Origin: Candidatus Nanopusillus sp. | GTDB taxonomy: Archaea; Nanobdellota; Nanobdellia; Nanobdellales; Nanobdellaceae | DNA length: 32,000 nucleotides | Reading direction: 5' to 3' | Assembly (NCBI GenBank): GCA_028275885.1 | Contig: JAPWTW010000006.1 | Location: forward strand, 1 to 32,000 | Shown here: piece by piece, positions 15,864 to 24,937 of the stretch | How the letters are laid out: every line of letters begins with the position of its first letter | Position numbering within the stretch: position 1 is the stretch's first letter | Program-made: the position numbers and the translations under genes | Notes under the pieces: generated by a model | Told to the model about the DNA's origin: nothing | Database searches by the model: none | What the model saw: only the letters and a program-made list of their open reading frames with translations

Positions 15864-17015
15864 ATGATATTTAAGGTTAAGATATATGATTTAACTGAAA
15901 TATTCAAAGAAACAAAATCAAAACTAATTAAATCTAATATAGATAATGGAGCTAGAGTATATGGAATAAAACTTGATAAAATGAAAGGAATGATTGGATT
16001 TGAAATATTACCAAATAGAAGAATAGGAACTGAATTTGCTGATATTGCAAAAAAATTTGGATTAAAGGGAATATTACATTCAGATGAACTACCAAACTAC
16101 GGAATATCTGAAGAAGAAGTAAATAATGTTAAAAAAATTCTAAATTGTTCTAATGAAGATGCATTTATATTATTAATATCAAAAGATTATAAAGTAGCTA
16201 AAAAAGTTTTTAGCCTAATAATAAGTAGGATAAATGAATCAATTAAAAAAATACCAAAGGATACTAGACAGGCAAATGATGATGGAACTACATCCTTCTT
16301 AAGGCCACAACCAGGTTCTGAAAGAATGTATCCAGAGACAGATCATCCTTATATATATATTGATAAAAATATTATTGAAAATAATGAATACAATATAATA
16401 AGATATAATATAAGTTATGGGGATATTAAAGAAACATTCGATATATACTATTTAAAAAAATTTGATAGGGATCTATATATTAAATTGTTAAATGAAGGAA
16501 AAACGATATTAAATTCTATCGATCCAGAATTTGTTAAACAAATTTTAAAATCTCTTGGATATAATGAAAAACAAATTGAAAATATAATATGGAGTGAATA
16601 TGTAAATGATATAATAAAAATATCTTTTGATATAGATCCAAATACTGTATATTATTTGTTCTTTCAGATGATTGGAGATATTGAGAGTTTATTTAAAGAA
16701 AAAATAGAAAAATTTGATTTAGATTTTATATATAAGATAAAAGATTATTTAAAGGATAAAAAAATTGTAAGAAATGCAATTCCAATAATATATTATCATT
16801 ATATTAAATATAATAAGAATATTGAGGATATAATAAGAGAAAATAATTTATATAAAAGAAATAAAGAAGAGCTAAGGAAAGAAATTGAAGAATATTTAAA
16901 ATCATTAAATACTAATGATAAAAAAGTTATTCTTTCAAATGTATTTAGTAAATTTAAATATGTAGCAGATGGTGAAGACATAAAAAAAGTATTAGAAGAA
17001 ATATTAAACATATAA
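15864..17015 (+). CDS. gatE: Glu-tRNA(Gln) amidotransferase subunit E, C-terminal portion only (insertion domain, end of cradle, helical and tail domains)
   Basis: Strong GatE-specific matches: EIFKETKSKLIK, ILPNRRIGTEFADIAKKFGLKGILHSDELPNYGISEEEV, NEDAFILL and DDGTTSFLRPQPGSERMYPETD. About 220 aa of helical/tail domain follow. The N-terminal ~250-290 aa catalytic cradle (GLEIHQQL region) is absent, and tfe occupies the upstream DNA. Confidence 0.85.
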   Translation: MIFKVKIYDLTEIFKETKSKLIKSNIDNGARVYGIKLDKMKGMIGFEILPNRRIGTEFADIAKKFGLKGILHSDELPNYGISEEEVNNVKKILNCSNEDAFILLISKDYKVAKKVFSLIISRINESIKKIPKDTRQANDDGTTSFLRPQPGSERMYPETDHPYIYIDKNIIENNEYNIIRYNISYGDIKETFDIYYLKKFDRDLYIKLLNEGKTILNSIDPEFVKQILKSLGYNEKQIENIIWSEYVNDIIKISFDIDPNTVYYLFFQMIGDIESLFKEKIEKFDLDFIYKIKDYLKDKKIVRNAIPIIYYHYIKYNKNIEDIIRENNLYKRNKEELRKEIEEYLKSLNTNDKKVILSNVFSKFKYVADGEDIKKVLEEILNI

Positions 17016-17037
17016 AATTTTTATATATTAAATTTTT

Positions 17038-17445
17038 ATGGAAGAATGCGTATTTTGTAAAATAATAAATAAAGAAATACCTTCATATATATTATATGAA
17101 GATGAATATTCTATAGCATTTTTAGATATAAATCCTCTAAATAAGGGACATACATTATTTGTACCAAAAAAGCATTTTAATAGGATATCAGATATTGAGG
17201 ATGAATATATAAAAAATTTTTATAGAAGTTTTACAAAGTTTTTGAAATTATTTGAGGAAAAAATATCAAAAGATTATAATATAATAGTAAATAATGGAAA
17301 AAATGCTGGACAAGCAGTATTTCATGCACATATACATATAATACCTCAATATAATGAAAATGGATATAAAAAGATATTTAATTGGAATACTCATAAATTA
17401 TCAAAAGAAGAAGCTGAAGAAATAATAAAAAAGTTTAATTCTTAG
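17038..17445 (+). CDS. HIT-family (histidine triad) nucleotide hydrolase
   Basis: N-terminal CVFCKII, FLDINPLNKGHTLFVPKKH, and the histidine triad VFHAHIHIIP. Confidence 0.9.
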   Translation: MEECVFCKIINKEIPSYILYEDEYSIAFLDINPLNKGHTLFVPKKHFNRISDIEDEYIKNFYRSFTKFLKLFEEKISKDYNIIVNNGKNAGQAVFHAHIHIIPQYNENGYKKIFNWNTHKLSKEEAEEIIKKFNS

Positions 17446-18134
17446 ATTTCTTTATATTCAATAATCCCATCATTTACTATTTTAAATTTTATAGATATTC
17501 CTTCCGGTAAATATCTATGCTTCCTTAATATTGCTTCCCTAATACCATTATCTAAAATTCTCAATTCAATCAAACATTTTGACCAATATTTTATTAAATC
17601 TCCTCCAACAATTCCAATTGCATCTTTATTATCAAACAAAGAATATACTTGATTTATAACTAGAACTGGTATATTATATTTCCTAGAAATTTCTGAAAAT
17701 ATTTGCAATTGTTTTGCAAGTTCTATATTTACTTCATTTACATTGCTATCACCTCTTTCTAATCTATATAACATTGATATAGAATCTACAACAATTAATC
17801 CTACATCATTAAAATTCTTTTTTACATAATCATATGTTAAATATATTGCCTTTTTTTGTTCAGAAAAATTTACTGGCTTATATAATAATATATTTTTCAT
17901 TACATTTTCAAAATCTTCCTTTGCAATTTGTTTTAATCTTTCAAAAGAAAAACCACCTTCAGTGTCAATATATATTACTTTTTTTCCCAATCTAGAAATA
18001 TTATATGAACTTATTATTGCAATATTTGTTTTTCCAGATGCGGAAGGACCATAAAATGATGTAATAATATCTGTTTCAATACCTCCATCTAACAATTTAT
18101 CTATTGGATATACCCCAGTAGAAATTTTACCCAT
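17442..18134 (-). CDS. radB: RadB-type RecA-superfamily recombinase paralog
   Basis: IDKLLDGGIETDIITSFYGPSASGKTNI (Walker A), IYIDTEGGFSFERLKQIA, LIVVDSISMLYR (Walker B) and VINQV. The 230-aa size without the N-terminal HhH domain fits RadB rather than RadA. Confidence 0.78.
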   Translation of the reverse strand: MGKISTGVYPIDKLLDGGIETDIITSFYGPSASGKTNIAIISSYNISRLGKKVIYIDTEGGFSFERLKQIAKEDFENVMKNILLYKPVNFSEQKKAIYLTYDYVKKNFNDVGLIVVDSISMLYRLERGDSNVNEVNIELAKQLQIFSEISRKYNIPVLVINQVYSLFDNKDAIGIVGGDLIKYWSKCLIELRILDNGIREAILRKHRYLPEGISIKFKIVNDGIIEYKEI

Positions 18135-18168
18135 ATAAAAATTTTTCTATTATTTTTTAAAAGTATAA

Positions 18169-19449
18169 CTAATATTTAAATTCAATTTCTTTTTCTCCTA
18201 TCTTAATATATAAATACTTTGCCTTCTTTCTAATACTATTTTTATAATTATTTATTATAAATTCTACTGCTTTATATATATCATTTATTTTTCTTTTTGT
18301 AACTGCATATATTTTTCCATTTCTAATTATTAATTCTTCATTTTTATGTTTTTCATAAAATTTATTATAATTTTTTTCTTCCCATAGTAATGGACCCTCC
18401 CTTATTTCATATTCTGGTAATTTATCTGGATAATATAATATATAACCATATAAATAATTTTCATCAAAAAAATAATAATAATTAAAAATTTTGAATCCAA
18501 TATTATTTATCCACCTTTTAATATTATTAAATAATGATAAAGCTTTACTATTTTTTATATCTTTATTATTTGAATCGCCTTCAATCTTTAAATATACCAT
18601 ATTTACATTATATTTTTCAGCCAATCTTTTTATTTCATCATAATTCATATATATTTTATTAAAAAAGAATTTTTCTTTATCTTCAGATAATAAGAATATT
18701 CTAGAATAATATATAAATTCTGAAAATTTTTGTAAAGAAACTGAAGCTGCAACATTTCTATATTTATCAGTTGGATCAATTATTATTATTGGAGATCTTA
18801 TTTTATCTTTTGATAAATTTCTCTTTATTTCATCATAATCCTTATAATATTTTTCTAAATCTATTATTACCTTTGGTCTCCAAGTAGATACATTCTTTAT
18901 TGTATTTTCAAAAGATCCATAATTTATTAATATTAGTTCTACTGCATATCCAGAAAATCCTCTAACATAAGATTCTGCTCCATAAACATTTATATTTTTT
19001 GTAAATACCTTTAGTAATCTAACTTCATCCTTCATTTTTTCATTTAATTTACTTAATACATATTTAACATGGAATGGTGATAGATCTGTAGTATTTTTTG
19101 CTTCTTTTATATCATTTATTTTTAATATTGGAACTAATTCAAATATTAAACCTTTATAACTTACTTTAAAATAATCTCTAGAACCTCTTATCCTTATATA
19201 ATCCAAATTCTCTTTCTTCAATACATTTTCAATAATATTAGATATATTTTTATCATCTTTAAATAATAGGAAAGTATCTACATCAAAATCATTTTTTATC
19301 CATGTATCTTTTGCGAATGATCCTCCTAAAAATGGCTCTAAATTATTCGATCTTAATATATCAAAAAATTCATTTATTATATTATATACTCTCCTTTTTT
19401 CTTCCTCAGATGGTTTTATTTTAGATAATATTTTATTATAATCTATCAT
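18169..19449 (-). CDS. cca: CCA-adding enzyme (archaeal class I tRNA nucleotidyltransferase)
   Basis: GGSFAKDTWIKNDFDVDTFLLF matches the class I nucleotidyltransferase motif (GS.A.gTwL....DiDiF). DLSPFHVKY and GAESYVRGFSGYAVELL are typical of archaeal CCA enzymes. This is consistent with the tRNA-Leu gene lacking an encoded CCA. Confidence 0.86.
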   Translation of the reverse strand: MIDYNKILSKIKPSEEEKRRVYNIINEFFDILRSNNLEPFLGGSFAKDTWIKNDFDVDTFLLFKDDKNISNIIENVLKKENLDYIRIRGSRDYFKVSYKGLIFELVPILKINDIKEAKNTTDLSPFHVKYVLSKLNEKMKDEVRLLKVFTKNINVYGAESYVRGFSGYAVELILINYGSFENTIKNVSTWRPKVIIDLEKYYKDYDEIKRNLSKDKIRSPIIIIDPTDKYRNVAASVSLQKFSEFIYYSRIFLLSEDKEKFFFNKIYMNYDEIKRLAEKYNVNMVYLKIEGDSNNKDIKNSKALSLFNNIKRWINNIGFKIFNYYYFFDENYLYGYILYYPDKLPEYEIREGPLLWEEKNYNKFYEKHKNEELIIRNGKIYAVTKRKINDIYKAVEFIINNYKNSIRKKAKYLYIKIGEKEIEFKY

Positions 19450-20528
19450 ATTTTAAATCTTAATATTGCACCTATTTTAAAGTTTGAAAATTGTTCCCCT
19501 TCAGGATGATTTTTTGATATTATTTCAACTTTTGCGTTTGTTTGTTCAATTAATTCAATTAATTCTTTAATCTTATCTTTATAATCTTCAGATATTAATA
19601 TTGTATCTACTGCACCAATTTCTAATGCTTTTTTTACATCATCAAATCCATAAACTACTAAACCAGTACCTTTTCCAAGATGTTCAAAAAATAATTTTGT
19701 TAATTCTATTTCCTTTACATATTCTGTTTTTTCTAATACATCCTTTGCCCTCTCCAATAATTCTTTTAAGCCATATTCATTTGAATATGCTGTATCATAT
19801 ACACCCAAAATTTTTTGTTTAAAATGATATGGTAAATAATCTCCATTAACAAATTGCTCTTTAAGTAATCCTGGTCCTCCCACCAAAATACCAGCCAATT
19901 TATCCAAATCCTTTTCAAAATAATTTCTAATTTCATCTGCTAAATATTTTAACCATAAATGAACATCCTGCTCTATTAATCTTTGAAATCTTACAGAAGA
20001 TTGTCCTCCAGCCCTTATTTTACCAGGAACCCACGATTGTTTATTTTCCAATACTATTAATTGATTACCTTTTAATACTCCTATAGAAGCTTCACCTCTA
20101 TCTAAAACAATTAATCCATATATTTGTTTTGGTGATATTAGTTCTTTTAACGGATTTAATACAAACTTAGAATCACATCTATATAATCTAATATTTAATT
20201 TGTCTGGAGGTTCTATTGCCCATAACCTTATATCAACATCACCAGGTCTATTTGAGATATTTCCACAAAATATTATTAAACCATTATCTGGAGTCTTTTT
20301 TAATCCCTTTAAATAATTTATAATTTTTGCCAATGCGTCCATTACATGTTGTCTAGTATTTTTATCCTTAATATTTTGTGCAGTTGAATATTCATAACTT
20401 AAATGATCTAAAACCTTAGTTAAATCATATCCGGCTGGTATATAATATGAAATCAGTTCAGTAGCTCTACCATTGTATTTACTTAATTCTTCTATTAACA
20501 TTTGTAATTCAAGGTCTTTAACATCCAT
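19446..20528 (-). CDS. prf1: Peptide chain release factor aRF1
   Basis: GGQ motif (RAGGQSSVRFQRL), YxCxxxF motif (YRCDSKF), a NIKS-type loop reading TAQNIKD, and the N-terminal GRATELISYYIP. Confidence 0.9.
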   Translation of the reverse strand: MDVKDLELQMLIEELSKYNGRATELISYYIPAGYDLTKVLDHLSYEYSTAQNIKDKNTRQHVMDALAKIINYLKGLKKTPDNGLIIFCGNISNRPGDVDIRLWAIEPPDKLNIRLYRCDSKFVLNPLKELISPKQIYGLIVLDRGEASIGVLKGNQLIVLENKQSWVPGKIRAGGQSSVRFQRLIEQDVHLWLKYLADEIRNYFEKDLDKLAGILVGGPGLLKEQFVNGDYLPYHFKQKILGVYDTAYSNEYGLKELLERAKDVLEKTEYVKEIELTKLFFEHLGKGTGLVVYGFDDVKKALEIGAVDTILISEDYKDKIKELIELIEQTNAKVEIISKNHPEGEQFSNFKIGAILRFKI

Positions 20529-20552
20529 TATATAGAAAATTAAGAATAATTT

Positions 20553-21245
20553 TTAAATACCAATATACTCTCTTATATATTTTATATCATAATTTAAATT
20601 TAGTTTTTTAGATATATTTAGTACATTATTTAGATCTCTATTAAGAAATTCTTCAGAATATGGAGAATCAATTGGTATTGATTGCGACACATCTATTATA
20701 TATGGAACATTATTAAATATAATTATATTATATTCTGAAAAATCGCCATGAATTAATTTAGCCTTATTATATATTTTTTTATATTGATCTAATATATCAA
20801 AAAACAATTCTTCCTTATTTTCAATTAAATCATAACAATCATGTAATAATAATGGACCTTTTTCATAACCTATATATTCCATTACCAATATATTTCCTTT
20901 ATACAAATATGGAATCGGAACTCTTACCAAATTTTTATACATTTTTCTTAAGTTCATATATTCTTTTTTTACCCATGTATATATTATTCCAATCTTTGTT
21001 CTTGGAAATTTATATATTCTAGGATCAGCTTTTAGATAATTTATCTGTTCTTTATAACTTATTGACATTATTTTATATATCTTTATTGCAAATTTTCCAG
21101 ATCTTACAACAATTGCTTCCTTTCCCTCAGATATTAATGTTAAATCATCTTCTATATAATGATCTTTATACAATTTATCTAAATAGTATAATGTATTTTT
21201 ATCAAATACTTTTCCATATACTTTCCATATTTCTCTATACTTCAT
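20553..21245 (-). CDS. RIO-type serine protein kinase/ATPase (Rio1-like, no N-terminal wHTH)
   Basis: ISEGKEAIVV, LVMEYIG, the catalytic LIHGDFSEYNIII and the metal-binding IIDVSQS. Confidence 0.85.
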   Translation of the reverse strand: MKYREIWKVYGKVFDKNTLYYLDKLYKDHYIEDDLTLISEGKEAIVVRSGKFAIKIYKIMSISYKEQINYLKADPRIYKFPRTKIGIIYTWVKKEYMNLRKMYKNLVRVPIPYLYKGNILVMEYIGYEKGPLLLHDCYDLIENKEELFFDILDQYKKIYNKAKLIHGDFSEYNIIIFNNVPYIIDVSQSIPIDSPYSEEFLNRDLNNVLNISKKLNLNYDIKYIREYIGI

Positions 21246-21994
21246 ATTAATATATCTATAAGACTAGCTCTTAAGCCTGGTAGGAATCCTAAATAAAACA
21301 ACATTACATATATTACATTTCCTAAGTCATCCTTTAAATAATATTTTGTATAGAGTGCAATAAATAATGTTAAAGATAATTTTAATCCATAAAATAATAA
21401 AGGATTGCTATATTGAAAAATAAGAATGTTTAATAGCAGATGTTCTGATTGTAAATTAAAATAATATATAGAAATAATTGAAAAAATAGTCTCATATATT
21501 TCGCCAAATATTGATAAATAAAACAATTTTTCTTTATATGATAAATAAATTAAAAGAGGAAATAATAGAACAAATATTAAAAATGGTAATAAATTTATTG
21601 GCCTTCCAAAAATGAAAAATGAGACTTCCAATATTAAAATTACCAATAATATATATAAGTAATATTTTCTATATTTATATAAAAAAAGAACTGGTAAAAA
21701 AGATATTAAGATCCATAATTCTAATAAAGGTGTAAATAATAAATATGTTCTCACTGTATAACCAAGATCTATATTTACCCTTGGAATAATAAATATTAAA
21801 GTTAAAATAATTAGATCTAATAAAAAATATTTATCAATAATTACTTTTTTATTTTTTACAAAAAAATAATAGAAAAGAATAAAACCAATAACAAATAATA
21901 ATCCGTATAAAAATGTATTATATACATTGTATTTATATTGATATCCTATTACTGGATAGATGAAATATTGATAAAAAAATTGATATAAATTCAT
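21242..21994 (-). CDS. Polytopic membrane protein, possibly DUF63 family
   Basis: 250 aa with about 7 hydrophobic segments. The N-terminal YFIYPVIGYQYKYNVYNTFLYG resembles the DUF63 start (Y.i.Pi...gYN.vNT..Y). This is recall only. It overlaps both neighbours by 1-4 nt, so it sits within an operon. Confidence 0.4.
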   Translation of the reverse strand: MNLYQFFYQYFIYPVIGYQYKYNVYNTFLYGLLFVIGFILFYYFFVKNKKVIIDKYFLLDLIILTLIFIIPRVNIDLGYTVRTYLLFTPLLELWILISFLPVLFLYKYRKYYLYILLVILILEVSFFIFGRPINLLPFLIFVLLFPLLIYLSYKEKLFYLSIFGEIYETIFSIISIYYFNLQSEHLLLNILIFQYSNPLLFYGLKLSLTLFIALYTKYYLKDDLGNVIYVMLFYLGFLPGLRASLIDILI

Positions 21995-22386
21995 TAACGC
22001 CTATAATATTGAAAATATTGAAGTAAATTATTTAATAGAGCAATTATATTATCTAACTTTGTTGCAATTGTATCCAATTTTGTATTTAATATTTGTATAG
22101 TATTATAATCGACTTGATTTGTATATTGATTAGTATATCCATAATTCTGTGGAAAATTTGGTAAATATGCTTGAGGGTTTAATTGTCCTGGGAATTGATT
22201 TTGTTGAAATGTATTTTGATTTTGAATTTGTGGTGGCAATGGGGGAGGTGGTAATGGTCCAGTTGGATATGGGCCTGGAGGATAATTTTCTGGCCCTTCT
22301 AGCGGATAATTCATAAAATCTCTTTGTATATTTATATCTTCATCATTCTTTCTTCCAAAAAGATTTTTTATAAAATTCAATACCAT
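21994..22386 (-). CDS. Hypothetical P/Q/N-rich protein with a short C-terminal coiled coil; same architecture as 13336..14031
   Basis: MVLNFIKNLFGRKNDED is a basic N-terminal tag. A Pro-rich tract follows (PPGPYPTGPLPPPPLPPQIQNQNTFQQNQFPGQLNPQ), which forms a locally GC-rich stretch at about 22230-22300. The protein ends in a heptad segment, NTIQILNTKLDTIATKLDNIIALLNNLL. Confidence 0.5.
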   Translation of the reverse strand: MVLNFIKNLFGRKNDEDINIQRDFMNYPLEGPENYPPGPYPTGPLPPPPLPPQIQNQNTFQQNQFPGQLNPQAYLPNFPQNYGYTNQYTNQVDYNTIQILNTKLDTIATKLDNIIALLNNLLQYFQYYRR

Positions 22387-22417
22387 ATAATATTATAAAA
22401 TTTCTTAATATATAAAA

Positions 22418-23089
22418 TTATTCTTCCTCCTCTTCTAGACCCTTTTCCATAAATTCTTCATAAGATATAGGTAGTTCTCCTCTTTTTGATAATAATCCTC
22501 TATTTCTTAAATATTCTCTAGCAATAATATAATATAATAAGGCTAAAGATTTTGCTCCTCTATTATTCGCTGGTATAGCAATATCTATATAGCTTAAAGA
22601 ATTGTTTGTATCAACAAAGGCAATTGTTATTTTTCCAGTTCTATATGCATCCAATAATGCATTTCTATCAAGTATTGGATCTGTTATTATAACAACATCT
22701 ACATCTTTAAATATATCTAAAGCCGGGTTTGTTAACAATCCTGGAGGATATCTCTTCGGATAAACATTTATTCCCGTATACTTATTTAACATTTGTAATG
22801 GTTTTCTTGCAGCCTCTCTTCTACCAACTGCTAATATCTGATATGGCTCATATTTTGATAGCAATTTTGTTGATAATCTTAATCTTTCATCTAATTTCAT
22901 TACATCTATAATCGCCAATCCATCAGATCTTATTCTAGCAATAAACTTTTTTGTTTGTTTATTCTTTATTTTTGTACCTATATGAACACCTGCTTTTATA
23001 TATTCTTCTAAACTAACCAACCAAATATTTCCTTGTGCCATTTTAGGTTGCCTTTTTTCTTCCAGTTCTTCTTGAGCCATATTTACCAT
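22418..23089 (-). CDS. rps2: 30S ribosomal protein S2 (uS2)
   Basis: LEEYIKAGVHIGTKIKNKQTKKFIARIRSDGLAIIDVMKLDERLRL and ITDPILDRNALLDA. The track start overlaps the L2 gene by 47 nt. The internal ATG at 23041-23039 (MAQGNIWLVSLEEY) gives a canonical N-terminus and is probably the true start. Confidence 0.9.
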   Translation of the reverse strand: MVNMAQEELEEKRQPKMAQGNIWLVSLEEYIKAGVHIGTKIKNKQTKKFIARIRSDGLAIIDVMKLDERLRLSTKLLSKYEPYQILAVGRREAARKPLQMLNKYTGINVYPKRYPPGLLTNPALDIFKDVDVVIITDPILDRNALLDAYRTGKITIAFVDTNNSLSYIDIAIPANNRGAKSLALLYYIIAREYLRNRGLLSKRGELPISYEEFMEKGLEEEEE

Positions 23090-23774
23090 ACTTTATTGGA
23101 TATCCATGTTTAGGTAATGGAGTCATTCCACCTTTATTTCTTTTATGTTTACCCCCAAATGGATGGTCTGCAGCATTTCTTGCAGTTGGCTTACTAATTG
23201 GCCATTTTCTATGATGAGCTTTTTTAAAATAATATTTATTCCCAGCTTTAACAAATGGTTTATCTGTTCTTCCACCCCCAGCAACTGTTCCCAATATTGC
23301 TCTAGAATATAAATTAACCATTTTTGTTTTTCCAGATGGTAATTTTAATATTGCATATTTATCTGTTTTTTGAACTAATACACAAGATGTTCCTGATGTT
23401 CTTGCAATTTTTCCTCCATCACCTGGAGAAATTTCTACCATACAAACATTTGAACCATCTGGAATAACCTTTAATGGTAAAATATTTCCATTCTCTACTG
23501 GAGCATTTACACCAGCATAAATTTCTTTCCCAACATATAAACCTTCAACAGCAGGAACTAAAATTGTTTCTCCAGTTTCAAATCTTATCTTAGCAATTGG
23601 AGCATAATGAATCTTATCTTTTATTATATCTACTACAAACCCTTTTACTTTATCTTTCATTTCTTTTTCATCTAAAGGTCTGAGGGAAAATTTACCTACA
23701 GAATAAAAATCTGGAACTCTATATATATTCCCTCCTTTACCTAATCTTTGCTGTAATAGTGTATTTCCACCCAT
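23043..23774 (-). CDS. rpl2: 50S ribosomal protein L2 (uL2)
   Basis: GRTDKPFVKAGNKYY, RNAADHPFGGKHKRN, and SH3-like/OB-like core motifs. 243 aa. Confidence 0.95.
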   Translation of the reverse strand: MGGNTLLQQRLGKGGNIYRVPDFYSVGKFSLRPLDEKEMKDKVKGFVVDIIKDKIHYAPIAKIRFETGETILVPAVEGLYVGKEIYAGVNAPVENGNILPLKVIPDGSNVCMVEISPGDGGKIARTSGTSCVLVQKTDKYAILKLPSGKTKMVNLYSRAILGTVAGGGRTDKPFVKAGNKYYFKKAHHRKWPISKPTARNAADHPFGGKHKRNKGGMTPLPKHGYPIKYGKYGSRRTGRKKAT

Positions 23775-23775
23775 T

Positions 23776-24036
23776 TTACATTAAACCTAATTTAGATAAT
23801 ATATCTTGAGCCTTATATTCTTTTTCTAATGTTACATATGCTTTTTTCCTTCCTTTATAATCTATCAAAGTATTTATCTTCTTTACTTTAACATTAAATA
23901 ATTTTTCAACAGCTTCTTTTATATCTTTCTTTGTAGCAGATCTATTTACAATAAAAACAACCTTATTATATTTATCAAGTAAATACATATCTTTTTCTGT
24001 TAATTCAGCATAAAGTATAACATCTTTTATGTCCAT
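23776..24036 (-). CDS. rpl23: 50S ribosomal protein L23 (uL23)
   Basis: 86 aa. VVFIVNRSATKKDIKEAVEKLFNVKVKKINTLI...KKAYVTL is the typical uL23 pattern. It lies between L4 and L2, the canonical order. Confidence 0.9.
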   Translation of the reverse strand: MDIKDVILYAELTEKDMYLLDKYNKVVFIVNRSATKKDIKEAVEKLFNVKVKKINTLIDYKGRKKAYVTLEKEYKAQDILSKLGLM

Positions 24037-24046
24037 TTTATAATTT

Positions 24047-24874
24047 TCATATATATAAATTTCTTAAATCTTCTATTGCTTTTTCACTCCATATAATAAA
24101 TCTACCCAATTTACCACCAGGAGCCAATTTTTCTATATTTAATTTGTTTACTTTTGAAAATTCAGCACCATCAATAGAAATTTTTGGCAATTCAGAATCA
24201 GATGATAATACAAATAAGATTCCTCTATATTTTTTTATTCTCCTATTTCTCATTTTTCCCTTTCCAGCCCTTTGTTTTTTATTTTCTTTTACATATTCAA
24301 TAAATTTTGCTATTTTTAATTTATTAAATAATTCTCTATATTCTTTTGCTTTTCTTAATTCTTCTAGATCAGATATAACAATTGGTAGACCAAAAGTACT
24401 AATTGCTTCATTTAAATAAATAAAAGATTTTGTATATCTATTTTTTATATAATCAATATTTGAAGATGCAGAAATTGCAGACAATATTGCTAATCTTTTT
24501 TCCTTTTTATTTATTTTTTTATACCAATTTTTTTCAGGTTTTGGTGGATGTGCCCTTCTTCCCTTTACAGCACTTGGTATTACTCTAGCTATCCATATAA
24601 AATTACCAGCAATTTTTGCAAATATCGATCTAGGAACCCTTGATATACCCCTTTTATATGATGATCTATATGCATACCTTCTCTTTGACGTCCATGCAGA
24701 AGCTTCCATACCTGCATATTCATATGGACCATATGGTACTCTATGACTTAACATATATGCTCTAAATACCTTATATACTATATCTTCTCTTATTTCAGAT
24801 CTAAAGTGTTCTGGTAATTCTATTTCTTTTATTTTATTACCTTCCTTATCATAAACAGATATTATATTTTCCAT
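24047..24874 (-). CDS. rpl4: 50S ribosomal protein L4 (uL4)
   Basis: GMEASAWTSKRRYAYRSSYKRGISRVPR, VKGRRAHPPKPEK, and position upstream of L23-L2. Confidence 0.9.
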   Translation of the reverse strand: MENIISVYDKEGNKIKEIELPEHFRSEIREDIVYKVFRAYMLSHRVPYGPYEYAGMEASAWTSKRRYAYRSSYKRGISRVPRSIFAKIAGNFIWIARVIPSAVKGRRAHPPKPEKNWYKKINKKEKRLAILSAISASSNIDYIKNRYTKSFIYLNEAISTFGLPIVISDLEELRKAKEYRELFNKLKIAKFIEYVKENKKQRAGKGKMRNRRIKKYRGILFVLSSDSELPKISIDGAEFSKVNKLNIEKLAPGGKLGRFIIWSEKAIEDLRNLYI

Positions 24875-24937
24875 GGCTATATTTTATATATAAAACATAT
24901 TTAAATCTTTATAATAACTCACATTAACTATTAAGAT

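Noticed and set aside
16799-17011. 70-aa minus-strand ORF from the track.
   Set aside because: It is antisense to the gatE tail domain. This is a shadow ORF.
18617-18641. A C/D-like word pair on the minus strand (AUGAUGA, a 14-nt spacer, then CUGA) inside the cca gene.
   Set aside because: It lies in sense orientation inside a confident coding region. The spacer is too long, and no C'/D pair with correct spacing follows. This is a chance occurrence expected in AT-rich DNA.
19601-19822. 73-aa plus-strand ORF from the track.
   Set aside because: It is antisense to aRF1. This is a shadow ORF.
20364-20375. The aRF1 NIKS loop reads NIKD (TAQNIKDKNTRQ). A NIKD variant is, to my recollection, seen in eRF1 of ciliates with reassigned stop codons, so I considered stop-codon recoding.
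   Set aside because: All three stop codons terminate well-conserved genes at the expected length in this window. TAA ends most genes, TAG ends the ORF at 1609-1611, and TGA ends aIF2-gamma (4841-4843) and the ORF at 14458-14460. No conserved ORF needs read-through. I treat it as lineage divergence only.
21062-21250. 62-aa plus-strand ORF from the track.
   Set aside because: It is antisense to the Rio kinase gene. This is a shadow ORF.
22729-22911. 60-aa plus-strand ORF from the track.
   Set aside because: It is antisense to rps2. This is a shadow ORF.
23042-23089. The N-terminal extension of S2 (MVNMAQEELEEKRQPK) overlaps the L2 gene by 47 nt.
   Set aside because: The internal ATG at 23041-23039 gives a canonical uS2 N-terminus and removes the overlap, leaving a 1-nt spacer. 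The extension is probably not translated.
24144-24419. 91-aa plus-strand ORF from the track.
   Set aside because: It is antisense to rpl4. This is a shadow ORF.
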